A program made the position numbers and the translations under genes. This document shows positions 9,076 to 18,884 of a stretch of DNA of 64,000 nucleotides, piece by piece (positions within the stretch are counted from its first letter, which is position 1; the number at the start of each line of letters is the position of its first letter). The notes under the pieces are model-generated. The model saw only the letters and a list, made by a program, of their open reading frames with translations, had not been told where the DNA came from and did not search any database. Origin of the DNA: Kiritimatiellia bacterium (GTDB taxonomy: Bacteria > Verrucomicrobiota > Kiritimatiellia > RFP12 > UBA3636); NCBI GenBank assembly GCA_045589455.1, contig JAZNPC010000088.1, forward strand, positions 35,587 through 99,586. Reading direction: 5' to 3'.

Positions 9076-10437
9076 CTATCTCGATTGGTTCCTTTTCTTA
9101 CTTGGAATTGCAATAAATATAATTAAAGCAACAAACATTAGCATCTGGTAATACATTGTTTTAATCAATTCTAGAGCTGAAATTTTAAGACCAAAGGTTT
9201 CTGGATTTGTTGCCACACCTACAGCAATTAGAATTTGTGCACCATAAGGAATTAATCCCTGAATAATACAGCTGGCAACATCTAAAATTGCAGCAATTCT
9301 TTTTGAGTTACATTTATATTTTTCAGATAATTCTCGAGCCACAGGGCCAGCAATAACAATCGCAACTGTATTATTTGCTGTAATAAGATTTACTGCAGAA
9401 ACAATTAAAGAAACACCAAATTCACAGCCACGCGTTCCTTTAATAAATTTATTGACCATAGCAAGCAAATAGCTTATACCTCCATAATAACGAATTAGCC
9501 CAAGCAAACCACCTGCTAACAATGCAACAATCAGGGTTTCTGACATACCCAGAGAGCCATCTCCCATTAGTTTTAATGCACCGAAAAATGCAAACTCCTT
9601 AAAAAACAATCCTATTGCAGCAGACATAGCAATGCCCAAAAACAAAACAGACATTACATTAACACCTGCCAATGCAAAAATTAGCACAAATAAATAAGGC
9701 GCAACCAATAAATAATCTTTACTTGTTAACTTATCAACTATTTCTACCATTTTTACATCATTAGAGCTACCTATGAACAAATACAGCAATATTGCTGCTA
9801 TCGCAGCGGGAACTGCAATACGCAAATTTGTGATAAACTTATCACGCATTGCCACGCTTTGAGTGCGAGTGGCTGCGATTGTGGTATCAGAGATCATAGA
9901 CATATTGTCACCAAACATTGCACCGCCAACAACCGCACCAATCATAAGTTCAACAGATAAACCAATGTTTTGTGCAATGCCTATAGCTATAGGTGTTATC
10001 ACACCAATTGTACCACAGCTTGTACCGACTGCTAATGAAATAAAGCAAGACACAAGAAATACACCACATAGCATCATATTAGCAGGAATTATATGCTGAG
10101 CTATGCGCACCGCAGCATCAACAGATCCCATTCCCTTTGCAACACTTGCAAATGCACCAGCTAGGATAAACACCATGCACATAATCATGATATTGCTATC
10201 GCCCATTCCCTTCGCATAGATCTCGACCTTATCATTAAGCTTTTCTTTGAAATTAATAATAAAAGCCGTTGCGGATGCCACTATAAATGCAATTGGCATC
10301 GGAACTGAATAGAAGTCATTCTTATAAATTGAAAGGCCTAGATAAAATACAAGAAAAACCACAAATGGTAAAAGAGCTAAGACTCCAAGATTTTTCCCTT
10401 CAGACACCTTTATATTCTTTTTTCGTTTTTTTGACAT
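9076..10437 (-). CDS. Na+/H+ antiporter NhaC family protein
   Basis: Polytopic membrane protein with NhaC-like organisation and length. Confidence 0.55.
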   Translation of the reverse strand: MSKKRKKNIKVSEGKNLGVLALLPFVVFLVFYLGLSIYKNDFYSVPMPIAFIVASATAFIINFKEKLNDKVEIYAKGMGDSNIMIMCMVFILAGAFASVAKGMGSVDAAVRIAQHIIPANMMLCGVFLVSCFISLAVGTSCGTIGVITPIAIGIAQNIGLSVELMIGAVVGGAMFGDNMSMISDTTIAATRTQSVAMRDKFITNLRIAVPAAIAAILLYLFIGSSNDVKMVEIVDKLTSKDYLLVAPYLFVLIFALAGVNVMSVLFLGIAMSAAIGLFFKEFAFFGALKLMGDGSLGMSETLIVALLAGGLLGLIRYYGGISYLLAMVNKFIKGTRGCEFGVSLIVSAVNLITANNTVAIVIAGPVARELSEKYKCNSKRIAAILDVASCIIQGLIPYGAQILIAVGVATNPETFGLKISALELIKTMYYQMLMFVALIIFIAIPSKKRNQSR

Positions 10438-10473
10438 AAGACAGACTATAAAATTATATTGTTTGCGTAATAA

Positions 10474-11760
10474 TTAGTTAAATTGCTCATAGGCCTCTCC
10501 TACTAAGAAAAGCGAGCCACATAAAACGATTGGTTGAGCTGTTTCCTCTTGGCGTGCAGCTGAAATTGCCTCAAGCATAGAATAACACTCTACCACATTG
10601 CGAATTCCGCAAGCGTGGGCTTGGCGAGCAAGCACAGCTGTCGTTGCGCTACGAGGGTTATTGATAGGTGTGAGGTAAAGAGCTTGACAAATTGGAGCGA
10701 TTGCTTTCATAAAGCAATCCGTTGCCTTGTCGCCACACATACCTGCCACAAAAACAAAACGAGCCTTCTTGCCTGCGATAGACTGCAGGGAAGCAACAAG
10801 TGCATTTGCACCATCCTCATTATGTGCACCATCAACAAGTATATCATCCGTGAGCATGCAAAATCTTCCACGCCACTCTGCCTTTTCCAAACCAGCTTTT
10901 AAAACATTAACTGGTAGCTCAACATTTAGCTGTGATTGAAATGCCTCAAGCGCAGAAATTACTATTGATAAATTTTCTAATTGATAGCTTGCTGGGAGCT
11001 TTAGCTTTATGGTCCCATAGGAGCAATTCTGACTTTCAACTGAAAGCTTTTGTACGATAAAGCCTGAGCTCTTTTGCCTAGTAACAGATATTTCTTCAGT
11101 TGCCAAATGCATATGAACATTCTTTTCACGTGCTGTTTGTGCAAACACAGTTAAAGCTTCATCTGGGTTTGGGCCAACCACTAAGGCAGTTCCGGTCTTA
11201 ATGATTCCTGCTTTTTCTGCTGCAATTTGCTCTATAGTATCACCTAGATATGCCGTATGGTCAAGACCAATGCGTGTCATTATAGTAACAAGTGGAACTG
11301 GGAGTACATTGGTAGCATCTAAGCGTCCTCCCATCCCAACCTCTATTATAGTTAAATCTACATTTTTCTCAGCAAACCACAAAAAGGCAACTGCCGTTGT
11401 GTATTCAAAAAATGTTACATCAAGTCCATCACGTTGCTTCAAAATTTCCGAAGCGGCTTCAACACGCTCTAGTAAAGCAAAAAACTCTAAATCAGAAATT
11501 TCTTCACCATTGATAGAAAAACGCTCATTAACCTTCACTAAATGTGGTGAAGTATATACTCCTACACGAAGTCCTACCTCACGCAATGCGCTCATAAGCA
11601 TTGCTGTAACAGAGCCCTTACCATTTGTACCAGCAACATGAATCGTGCGTAGCTTTGCTTGTGGATTTCCAAGCTCATCCATCAGTTTACTAATAACAGT
11701 CAAACCAGGTTTAATTCCAAAGGTACGCTTCGCATAAAGCTTTTCCAACCTTACATCCAT
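10474..11760 (-). CDS. folC: Bifunctional folylpolyglutamate synthase / dihydrofolate synthase
   Basis: P-loop HVAGTNGKGS and Mur-ligase-like architecture. Confidence 0.85.
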   Translation of the reverse strand: MDVRLEKLYAKRTFGIKPGLTVISKLMDELGNPQAKLRTIHVAGTNGKGSVTAMLMSALREVGLRVGVYTSPHLVKVNERFSINGEEISDLEFFALLERVEAASEILKQRDGLDVTFFEYTTAVAFLWFAEKNVDLTIIEVGMGGRLDATNVLPVPLVTIMTRIGLDHTAYLGDTIEQIAAEKAGIIKTGTALVVGPNPDEALTVFAQTAREKNVHMHLATEEISVTRQKSSGFIVQKLSVESQNCSYGTIKLKLPASYQLENLSIVISALEAFQSQLNVELPVNVLKAGLEKAEWRGRFCMLTDDILVDGAHNEDGANALVASLQSIAGKKARFVFVAGMCGDKATDCFMKAIAPICQALYLTPINNPRSATTAVLARQAHACGIRNVVECYSMLEAISAARQEETAQPIVLCGSLFLVGEAYEQFN

Positions 11761-11772
11761 TGTATAAACCTC

Positions 11773-12519
11773 TTAGTTTGCTATTTTAACTCGTAATCGG
11801 CTTGATGGTATAGGACGATCGTTTGCTTCTGGATCAAACGGAACAAAGTCTGGGTGTGGTTGAATATTTGAAAAATCATCAATAAATAAATCATCCTCTG
11901 TATTATAGGTTCTGTCTGGTCCCATGCTAACTATACGAGGCTCTCCATCTACCAACTCATAAATGTAAGGTCGCCCCCATCCGTCTACATGCAAAGCATT
12001 AACATATGGACCATTCCAATTTTGTGCTCCAGGTGGCACAGTGACTAGTGCTGTTAGGCCTCCGTCATTAGAATTGTCTAAAGGATAATTACCATTATCA
12101 ATTTTGTAATGAACCAATGCTTGAGCCAAAATATTTAAATCATTAATTGTTACTTCTTCTCTACCTGGCATATTTTTTGGTTGGGCACGATGTGCTTGCG
12201 ATATAGTTAAGAATCCCAAGCACAAAAAGCCAACAACTATGGCAAACAAAATTTTAGGATTATTTTTAATACGGACATTGCGACGAGGGCCAAGCTTGCG
12301 CAATTCTTTTTCATACTCCCGCTCTATTCTCTTTAAAATCAGCCCTTTATCTTTTGGAGTATTTGATGAATAACCAACGGGAGGACGAATTGTGCTATTA
12401 CATTTGGGGCAACATAGTTTCTCTGGTGGCCATATAAATTTAGCATGGCAATATGGGCAACTACATTCCTTCCCATCTAAATAATTAAAATACTGCTTTG
12501 TCTGTTTAGGGGTTGACAT
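11773..12519 (-). CDS. Zinc-ribbon, transmembrane and type II secretion GspG-like pseudopilin-domain fusion protein
   Basis: N-terminal CSCPYC...CCPKC zinc ribbon, one TM helix, then a C-terminal ...NGNYPLDNSNDGGLTALVTVPPGAQNWNGPYVNALHVDGWGRPYIY resembling the GspG globular domain. There is no prepilin leader. Confidence 0.5.
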   Translation of the reverse strand: MSTPKQTKQYFNYLDGKECSCPYCHAKFIWPPEKLCCPKCNSTIRPPVGYSSNTPKDKGLILKRIEREYEKELRKLGPRRNVRIKNNPKILFAIVVGFLCLGFLTISQAHRAQPKNMPGREEVTINDLNILAQALVHYKIDNGNYPLDNSNDGGLTALVTVPPGAQNWNGPYVNALHVDGWGRPYIYELVDGEPRIVSMGPDRTYNTEDDLFIDDFSNIQPHPDFVPFDPEANDRPIPSSRLRVKIAN

Positions 12520-12919
12520 TTGTCAAATCCATATTGTTAAAATCTATTTTACGATAAAAACAATTGCGTGCATCCCCATCTACATTTGATGTATGACAAA
12601 TTCCAAAATATTTATCTTGGGGGAATGGACGAACCAAATATAGTAAGGAGTTTTGCTCGCAATTTACGTAGGCCTCTACAAGCTCAAAATAATGACCAGA
12701 TGTCACACCCTTTTCCCAAAGTTGCTTACGAGAGGTACTCCACAAAATCAATCGACGTTTTTCAAAGGCCTGTTTCATTGCAAACTCATTAGTATACGCA
12801 ACAAGAATCAACTCCTTTGTATCAATATTCTGAACAGCAACAGGAATACACCCAGAGGAAGCTATTGATGATAGCTTTGTAAAATCTAAATCTAATTTTT
12901 TACTTTCTTCCTTTGACAT
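12506..12919 (-). CDS. Phosphoribosyl-AMP cyclohydrolase (HisI)-like domain protein
   Basis: ...IPVAVQNIDTKELILVAYTNEFAMKQAFEKRRLILWSTSRKQLWEKGVTSGH...GICHTSNVDGDARNCFY matches the HisI fold signature. An internal Met was chosen because the longer ORF (to 13066) would overlap the next gene by 124 bp. Confidence 0.55.
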   Translation of the reverse strand: MSKEESKKLDLDFTKLSSIASSGCIPVAVQNIDTKELILVAYTNEFAMKQAFEKRRLILWSTSRKQLWEKGVTSGHYFELVEAYVNCEQNSLLYLVRPFPQDKYFGICHTSNVDGDARNCFYRKIDFNNMDLTNVNP

Positions 12920-12942
12920 CAGAGCCTCTACCCTAGCAAGAG

Positions 12943-13188
12943 TTAGTTCATAAAAATGGTTATGACAAAAGCGATAATAGTCATTAAGATAAAAAATGCA
13001 ATAAAATGCCAAAAACCAATTATGGCTTTTGCTTTGTTGTTTTTCATAGAAATAATATGTAGCCATCTAGTATATTCATGACCACAATCGGAGCAACGCA
13101 TATTATCCATCTTGCCAGGTGCAAATTTCATCCACAATGGCTTATGCATTCTCCACTTTTCTTTACTTCCACAATATGGGCACTTCAT
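12943..13188 (-). CDS. Small zinc-ribbon membrane protein (81 aa)
   Basis: CPYCGS...CSDCGH zinc ribbon plus a C-terminal TM helix. Confidence 0.4.
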   Translation of the reverse strand: MKCPYCGSKEKWRMHKPLWMKFAPGKMDNMRCSDCGHEYTRWLHIISMKNNKAKAIIGFWHFIAFFILMTIIAFVITIFMN

Positions 13189-13241
13189 ATATTAACCCCC
13201 AAAAATTTATATTTCTATATTCATTACAGATAAGTACACAC

Positions 13242-14522
13242 CTATAGACTATCACATGCATCCCAATTGATTGTCGCGAATAAGTCATCAATTGTTTCCG
13301 CACGTCTAATTAAAACAGCTGAACCATCTCTACGAAGCAACCACTCTGCAGAACGGAGTTTTCCATTATAATTAAAGCCCATAGCATGACCATGTGCACC
13401 GGCATCATGAATAACGACTAAATCTCCAGGAGTAAGCTCTGGGAGCATACGATCTACTGCAAATTTATCATTATTCTCACATAGAGAACCTGTTACATCA
13501 TACATTACATCACAAGGTGCATTTTCCTTCCCCATAACTGATATATGATGATAAGCTCCATACAATGCAGGACGCATCAAATTTGCCATACAAGCATCCA
13601 AGCCTGCATAAGTTTTATAAGTCTTTTTGATATGTAAAACACGAGAAACCAAATACCCATATGGACCTGTAATCATACGACCACATTCCATAACCACTCT
13701 TGGCACCTCAAGACCAGCGGTAGTAAATATATCCTCACATGCTTTACGGATACCCTCACCAACTATAGCCAAATCAACCTTTGTCTGCTCTGGACGATAA
13801 GGAATACCAATGCCACCGCCTAGGTTTACAAAATCAAACTTAATATCTAAAGCTTTTGACAACTCCGCTGTTAGGCGGAACATTATACGTGAGGTTTCTA
13901 CAAAATACTCAGGATTTAGCTCATTAGAAGCAACCATAGTATGGATACCAAAGCGCTTCACACCTTTTTCTTTTAGGCGCTTGTACCCTTCAAACATTTG
14001 ATCACGAGTAAATCCATATTTTGCCTCAAGTGGATTACCAATAATTGTATTACCGCTCTTCGCCTCTCCTGGATTAAAACGGCAACAAACTAACTCTGGC
14101 AGTGCTCCACATACTTGCTCTACAAAATCAATGTGTGAAATATCGTCTAAATTGATTATTGCGCCTAGTTCAAATGCCTTTTTAAATTCCTCTGCCGGGG
14201 TATCATTGGAGGTAAACATTATTTGTTCACCTTTAAGACCAATCTTCTCTGCCAAAATGAGCTCTGCCATTGAACTACAATCAGCGCCAAAACCTTGCGA
14301 AGCAAGAAGCTTAAGTAGAGAAGGATTTGGTGCTGCTTTTACTGCAAAATAATTACGAAAGCCGGGATTCCATTGAAATGCCTTTTTAAAGGAAACAGCA
14401 TTATCAACAATCCCTGCCTCATCGTAAATATGGAAAGGAGTTGGTGTAACCTTTTCCATACTTGAAATTGTTTCTATTGAAAATGGTGTGTGTTTTAAAT
14501 TCATAATGAAGGATTTTATCAA
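13242..14522 (-). CDS. Type III PLP-dependent decarboxylase (diaminopimelate / carboxynorspermidine decarboxylase family)
   Basis: FAVKAAPN motif (the YAVKAN-type PLP-binding lysine) and C-terminal beta-sandwich residues resembling LysA/NspC. Confidence 0.65.
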   Translation of the reverse strand: MIKSFIMNLKHTPFSIETISSMEKVTPTPFHIYDEAGIVDNAVSFKKAFQWNPGFRNYFAVKAAPNPSLLKLLASQGFGADCSSMAELILAEKIGLKGEQIMFTSNDTPAEEFKKAFELGAIINLDDISHIDFVEQVCGALPELVCCRFNPGEAKSGNTIIGNPLEAKYGFTRDQMFEGYKRLKEKGVKRFGIHTMVASNELNPEYFVETSRIMFRLTAELSKALDIKFDFVNLGGGIGIPYRPEQTKVDLAIVGEGIRKACEDIFTTAGLEVPRVVMECGRMITGPYGYLVSRVLHIKKTYKTYAGLDACMANLMRPALYGAYHHISVMGKENAPCDVMYDVTGSLCENNDKFAVDRMLPELTPGDLVVIHDAGAHGHAMGFNYNGKLRSAEWLLRRDGSAVLIRRAETIDDLFATINWDACDSL

Positions 14523-14640
14523 AAAATTATTACTCTTTCAATATACAATTAAATAGTAAAGGGATTTTTTACACGTTTTCTGAGCAATAAATGCCAAGTA
14601 ATAAAAAAAGCAAGCCTTGAACAGCTTGCTATCCTTAAAA

Positions 14641-14716
14641 TGGTGGGCCTCCAGGGATTTGAACCCCGGACCAAGGGATTATGAGTCCCCTGCTCTGACC
14701 ACTGAGCTAGAGGCCC
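14641..14716 (-). tRNA. tRNA-Met (anticodon CAT; elongator type or tRNA-Ile2 that is lysidine-modified)
   Basis: The reverse complement is GGGCCTCTAGCTCAGTGGTCAGAGCAGGGGACTCATAATCCCTTGGTCCGGGGTTCAAATCCCTGGAGGCCCACCA. G1-C72 is paired, so it is not an initiator. Confidence 0.85.
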
Positions 14717-14728
14717 GTGAAAAATTAA

Positions 14729-14818
14729 TGGCGGAGGGGGAGGGATTCGAACCCCCGGAAGCTTGCACCTCAACGGTTTTCAAGACCGCCTCTTTCAACC
14801 ACTCAGACACCCCTCCGC
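14729..14818 (-). tRNA. tRNA-Ser (anticodon TGA), type II with a long variable arm
   Basis: The reverse complement is GCGGAGGGGTGTCTGAGTGGTTGAAAGAGGCGGTCTTGAAAACCGTTGAGGTGCAAGCTTCCGGGGGTTCGAATCCCTCCCCCTCCGCCA. Confidence 0.85.
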
Positions 14819-14977
14819 AAAATAATAATTTTACGAAAATAGTCTTCCTTTAAAGAAAACTTCGCTATAATACAATAAACTGACACGTAAAATCAAGACA
14901 TTTTTTATTTTTTTTATTTTTAAATTATCCTATTGACACGCAACCCACGATTATGATAAATTATGGCTCGTTTTTGA

Positions 14978-15051
14978 GGCGTGATAGCCAAGCGGCTAGG
15001 CAGAGGACTGCAAATCCTTCTAGATCGGTTCGACTCCGATTCACGCCTCCA
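14978..15051 (+). tRNA. tRNA-Cys (anticodon GCA)
   Basis: GGCGTGATAGCCAAGCGGCTAGGCAGAGGACTGCAAATCCTTCTAGATCGGTTCGACTCCGATTCACGCCTCCA. It has a 7-bp acceptor stem, a CTGCAAA anticodon loop and an encoded CCA. Confidence 0.85.
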
Positions 15052-15096
15052 TTTTTTGCCCTGATGACTTTATCTTTTGGTCATTAGGTTATTTTT

Positions 15097-16074
15097 TTAT
15101 ATACCGGCAAAGAATATAACTACACCAATTGCTATTAATGAGTACAATGTTGTAAGAGCAACAGTACTACCCGCAAGTGTAGCATCGCCCTTCATCTCTG
15201 CAGCCATAATGTATGAGGCAACAGCACTTGGGCAAGCCAAGAATATCAAGGCAATAAAGCGAGCCTCTGGAGATATTCCAAAAACATAGCTTAAGGCCAA
15301 CCCAATTAATGGGCACACAACTAGCTTCAAGCACGCAGCTATATGTGACTGCTTTATTGAGCTCCGTAATCTCTCTAAGGTTAATGAGCCACCCAAAGCT
15401 AGCAAGGCGCCTGGTGTAGATAAATTACCAATATGCTCTAAAGTTTTATCAATAGACACAGGAAACTTAATGTTAAGCAACATAAGTATAACACCTGTAA
15501 CACAACCAATAATCAATGGGTTTTTTGCAATTCCAAGAAGCACGCGCTTCAATTGTGCACCAAGCGAAAGCTGCTGGGTATCTCCGCTTGCTGTCGCAGC
15601 AATACTATCTGGCATAAGCACAATAACAGCTAAAGTATTATAGAGGATCAAGCATGGTGCAAGAGTTAGCATAGCCAAGCTAGAAAGCTCTGAAGCATTT
15701 GGCAAGTGCATTACAGCTAGCTGTATTACAGGAATACCTACATATGCATTATTGCTACGAAAAACGGACTGTGTAAATGCACCACGAGAGCGCTTCCCGA
15801 TTCCCAACAAAGGAGAACCAAACCATGCAACAAATGCTATTAACAAAGTTGACAATACCAAAACTAAAATCATTTTGCCCCAGCCACCATCAAACTTGCA
15901 ATACATTATTTTAGAAACAAGCAAGCATGGCAAAGCGACCCAAAATATTAAGCGGTTTAATTCCTTAAAAAAACTCTCTGTAACAAATTTTCTATGGCGC
16001 AAAAAAGCACCAAGCCCAACAAGTATTATTATTGGGCAAAGTGTATTTATAACGGCTAATAATTTGATAAACAT
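15097..16074 (-). CDS. AEC (auxin efflux carrier / malate permease-like) family transporter
   Basis: Roughly 10-TM membrane protein with a length and hydropathy typical of the AEC family. Confidence 0.5.
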   Translation of the reverse strand: MFIKLLAVINTLCPIIILVGLGAFLRHRKFVTESFFKELNRLIFWVALPCLLVSKIMYCKFDGGWGKMILVLVLSTLLIAFVAWFGSPLLGIGKRSRGAFTQSVFRSNNAYVGIPVIQLAVMHLPNASELSSLAMLTLAPCLILYNTLAVIVLMPDSIAATASGDTQQLSLGAQLKRVLLGIAKNPLIIGCVTGVILMLLNIKFPVSIDKTLEHIGNLSTPGALLALGGSLTLERLRSSIKQSHIAACLKLVVCPLIGLALSYVFGISPEARFIALIFLACPSAVASYIMAAEMKGDATLAGSTVALTTLYSLIAIGVVIFFAGI

Positions 16075-17462
16075 TAAAATGGAATCTTCTTAATCTTATC
16101 AATAATTCCTGTGAGGAAAACGATAAGAATAATTATTGGTGGAAAAATTGTGCAGTACCAACGAAGCCATTTAGGGAAGCGAACGCCATCACCTTGATCA
16201 GCTTCTTCAATAAATTTGCTCCAGCCCCAGCCCATTCGCATTGTGCAGAAGCAAATAATTAGTAATGCTCCTAATGGTAATAGAATATTACTTACAAAGA
16301 AATCCTCAAAATCAAGAACACTGCTATCCTCTCCAAATGGCATAAAGCCTGACCACACGTTAAAGCCTAAAACACATGGGACGGAAAGAAGAATCATCAA
16401 TGGAATGTTAATTAAAATTATCTTCCATCTCTTTTGCTTGAATACATCCATACTCATGCTAATGATGTTCTCAAAAACAGCAATCAATGTGGAAAGTGCT
16501 GCAAATGACATAAAGATAAAGAACAAGCTACACCAAAATCTTCCAAATTGCATTTTTGCAAAGATTGAAGGTAATGTGATAAATAGTAGCGAAGGACCTT
16601 CCTCTGGGCTAACTCCGTATGCAAAGCATGCTGGGAAGATAATTAAACCACTTATAATTGCCACAATTGTATCTAAAGAAACAACATAAATAGATTCGCC
16701 TGTAAGTGAATTATCTTTAGACAAGTAGCTACCAAAAATTGCCATAGAACCAATACCAACACTCAAAGAGAAGAAAGCCTGCCCCATTGCAGCAACTAGC
16801 ACATTGAAAACACCTGCATTTGTCAATTTTTCTAAACTAGGTACCAAATAAAACTGTAGCCCTTCTTTGCCTCCCTCAAATGACAATGAATTAACAGCCA
16901 ATACCCCCATCATAATAAGCAATGCGAGCATTAGGTACTTTGTTATTTCCTCTACGCCCTTACGTACACCTAATGAGCAAACGCCAAAACCAAGCAGTAC
17001 AGCAATAACCATCCAACCCGCCAACTCACATGGAGAAGCTAAGAATCCACCAAAAAACTCCGATGTTTTTGCTGCCGTATCAAAGGATACAAATGCTCCT
17101 CTCATTGCATAGTAGCTATATGCCAATAACCATCCGGTAACCACTGTATAAAACATCATTAGTAAATAATTACCAGCAATAGCAAAAGGACCAAACCAAT
17201 GCCATTTCTTACCTGGAGGAGAAAGCTTCTTTAATGCAACAGGCAAAGACGCTTGTGCGGCTCTACCAACAGCAAATTCCATTACGATAATTGGAAGCCC
17301 TAGCAAAACGAGAAATGCTAAATATATTAAAACAAAAATAGCGCCACCATATTGTCCTGTTATATATGGGAAACGCCAAACGTTACCTAATCCAATTGCA
17401 CAGCCTGCTGATAGCAAAATAAAGCCTAAACGGCTTCCCAATGTTTCTCTTTCTTTTGACAT
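16074..17462 (-). CDS. Sodium-dependent transporter of the NSS (SNF) family
   Basis: N-terminal GFILLSAGCAIGLGNVWRFPY signature. Confidence 0.8.
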   Translation of the reverse strand: MSKERETLGSRLGFILLSAGCAIGLGNVWRFPYITGQYGGAIFVLIYLAFLVLLGLPIIVMEFAVGRAAQASLPVALKKLSPPGKKWHWFGPFAIAGNYLLMMFYTVVTGWLLAYSYYAMRGAFVSFDTAAKTSEFFGGFLASPCELAGWMVIAVLLGFGVCSLGVRKGVEEITKYLMLALLIMMGVLAVNSLSFEGGKEGLQFYLVPSLEKLTNAGVFNVLVAAMGQAFFSLSVGIGSMAIFGSYLSKDNSLTGESIYVVSLDTIVAIISGLIIFPACFAYGVSPEEGPSLLFITLPSIFAKMQFGRFWCSLFFIFMSFAALSTLIAVFENIISMSMDVFKQKRWKIILINIPLMILLSVPCVLGFNVWSGFMPFGEDSSVLDFEDFFVSNILLPLGALLIICFCTMRMGWGWSKFIEEADQGDGVRFPKWLRWYCTIFPPIIILIVFLTGIIDKIKKIPF

Positions 17463-17530
17463 TTATTTTATATATTCCTAATAGCCACCTCTAGTGACAT
17501 TTATTTAATATTGTGTTCCCAACAATCTAT

Positions 17531-18445
17531 TTATAGCGGCAAATCCATCTGACCAGAAACAATCATCTTACGTCCCTTTTCAAGGGTTGGGTCAGATGTA
17601 TCATAAACCACAAACTTTACAGAAGGAAAACGCTTTGCTAGATTGTCCTTAACAAAATCAAGTAGAGATGAAACATTAATTGGATCATCATCAGAAAAAC
17701 CAACACTTATTGGTTTATCCGCGCCCACACGCTCAATAATACCAAATAGGTGATCAATAAAATCAACAATCGCATACTTTTTTCTAACCTCAGATTTTTG
17801 TGCCTCAGGAATTTCTGCATTCTGTACTAGCTTAATAAAATCTGGGTTTGTTACTGCGTGATAGCGGTTAAGTGAAAGATAATTATCAAGAACTTCTTCA
17901 TCTGTACGCTTATCGTTTACCTCGGCTCCATCAAAGCGAACTGTATATCCACGAAGATTTAATATCATTTCCTCACGCTCTGCTGGGGTTAAAACCTTAT
18001 TTATAAAAAGCTCAACACCCTTACGAAGAGTTTCTGGCTGATGACCACGTGCTGTAACGATAGCAAAAATTCTTCCCTCTATAAGGCTTTTTCTAAATGT
18101 ATTAAAGCTTGGCGGCACCTTTTCTAAGCCGGATTCCACTCTCTCTAAAGCAGCCTTAGCATCTGTTAGAAATTTACTTTCCTCATCGTGAGCAAAATCA
18201 CGGAATTCAACAAATGCACTCTCCCAATCTCCATTAGGTGGGCGATAGTTAACTGTATCCTTTCTAATAACAGAGAAAAGAGCTGTAGATACTAGATGAG
18301 GAACCCATCTTCCATCTGGAAGCTTTCTTTCCAAATGAATATAGGTAGGCATATGTAAAATATTATCATCCCAATCGAAGATATAATATTTTAAATCACG
18401 AGTTAAAATTGACTCATTATATGGTCGCTCCATAAGCACCTCCAC
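17531..18445 (-). CDS. HAD-superfamily-like hydrolase (hypothetical)
   Basis: Motif I-like YIFDWDDN, motif II AIVTARG and motif IV GFSDDDP. Confidence 0.4.
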   Translation of the reverse strand: MEVLMERPYNESILTRDLKYYIFDWDDNILHMPTYIHLERKLPDGRWVPHLVSTALFSVIRKDTVNYRPPNGDWESAFVEFRDFAHDEESKFLTDAKAALERVESGLEKVPPSFNTFRKSLIEGRIFAIVTARGHQPETLRKGVELFINKVLTPAEREEMILNLRGYTVRFDGAEVNDKRTDEEVLDNYLSLNRYHAVTNPDFIKLVQNAEIPEAQKSEVRKKYAIVDFIDHLFGIIERVGADKPISVGFSDDDPINVSSLLDFVKDNLAKRFPSVKFVVYDTSDPTLEKGRKMIVSGQMDLPL

Positions 18446-18884
18446 CTACATCGATACACAATAGAAATCAAACTATTAAAGTTTAAGTATGTAATTTCTA
18501 TTAGTTTAGCAAATGAAGTTGGTTTTTTCAAGTTATTTGTAACGTAAATACAGCTACTAAAAACAAAAAGAGCTATCTATTAAACATAAATTCGGAAGTG
18601 AAAAACTATTTATTATTATGAATCGGTTATTACTGTGGATTTATAAACAAATAGCTATTCACTCTTATGTGAAAGAAAAATCTATGTTTTTTTGAGAGTC
18701 AATCGAATAAGTTTTAGCACTTTTGCTAGCATTTGCATCACGCTTTCTTGCTCAAAAACCTTGATGGACAGTACACACTCATCACACAAGCATCCCGACC
18801 ACCCGAGCTTCCTCAGGCGGGTGCCAGCGTCGGCCTAGCCATTACGCTAGAAACATAAAATCAAACTACATAATTTATGTTAAC

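Noticed and set aside
12506-13066. Full 186-aa version of the HisI-like ORF
   Set aside because: It would overlap the zinc-ribbon gene 12943..13188 by 124 bp. The HisI-like homology begins after the internal Met at 12919, so the shorter CDS was annotated.
14549-14853. ORFs overlapping tRNA genes (14549..14773, 14617..14853, 23058..23249, 23062..23304, 23205..23432)
   Set aside because: They are translations across tRNA-Met/Ser and tRNA-Ser/Leu/Leu sequences. The tRNA folds are unambiguous.
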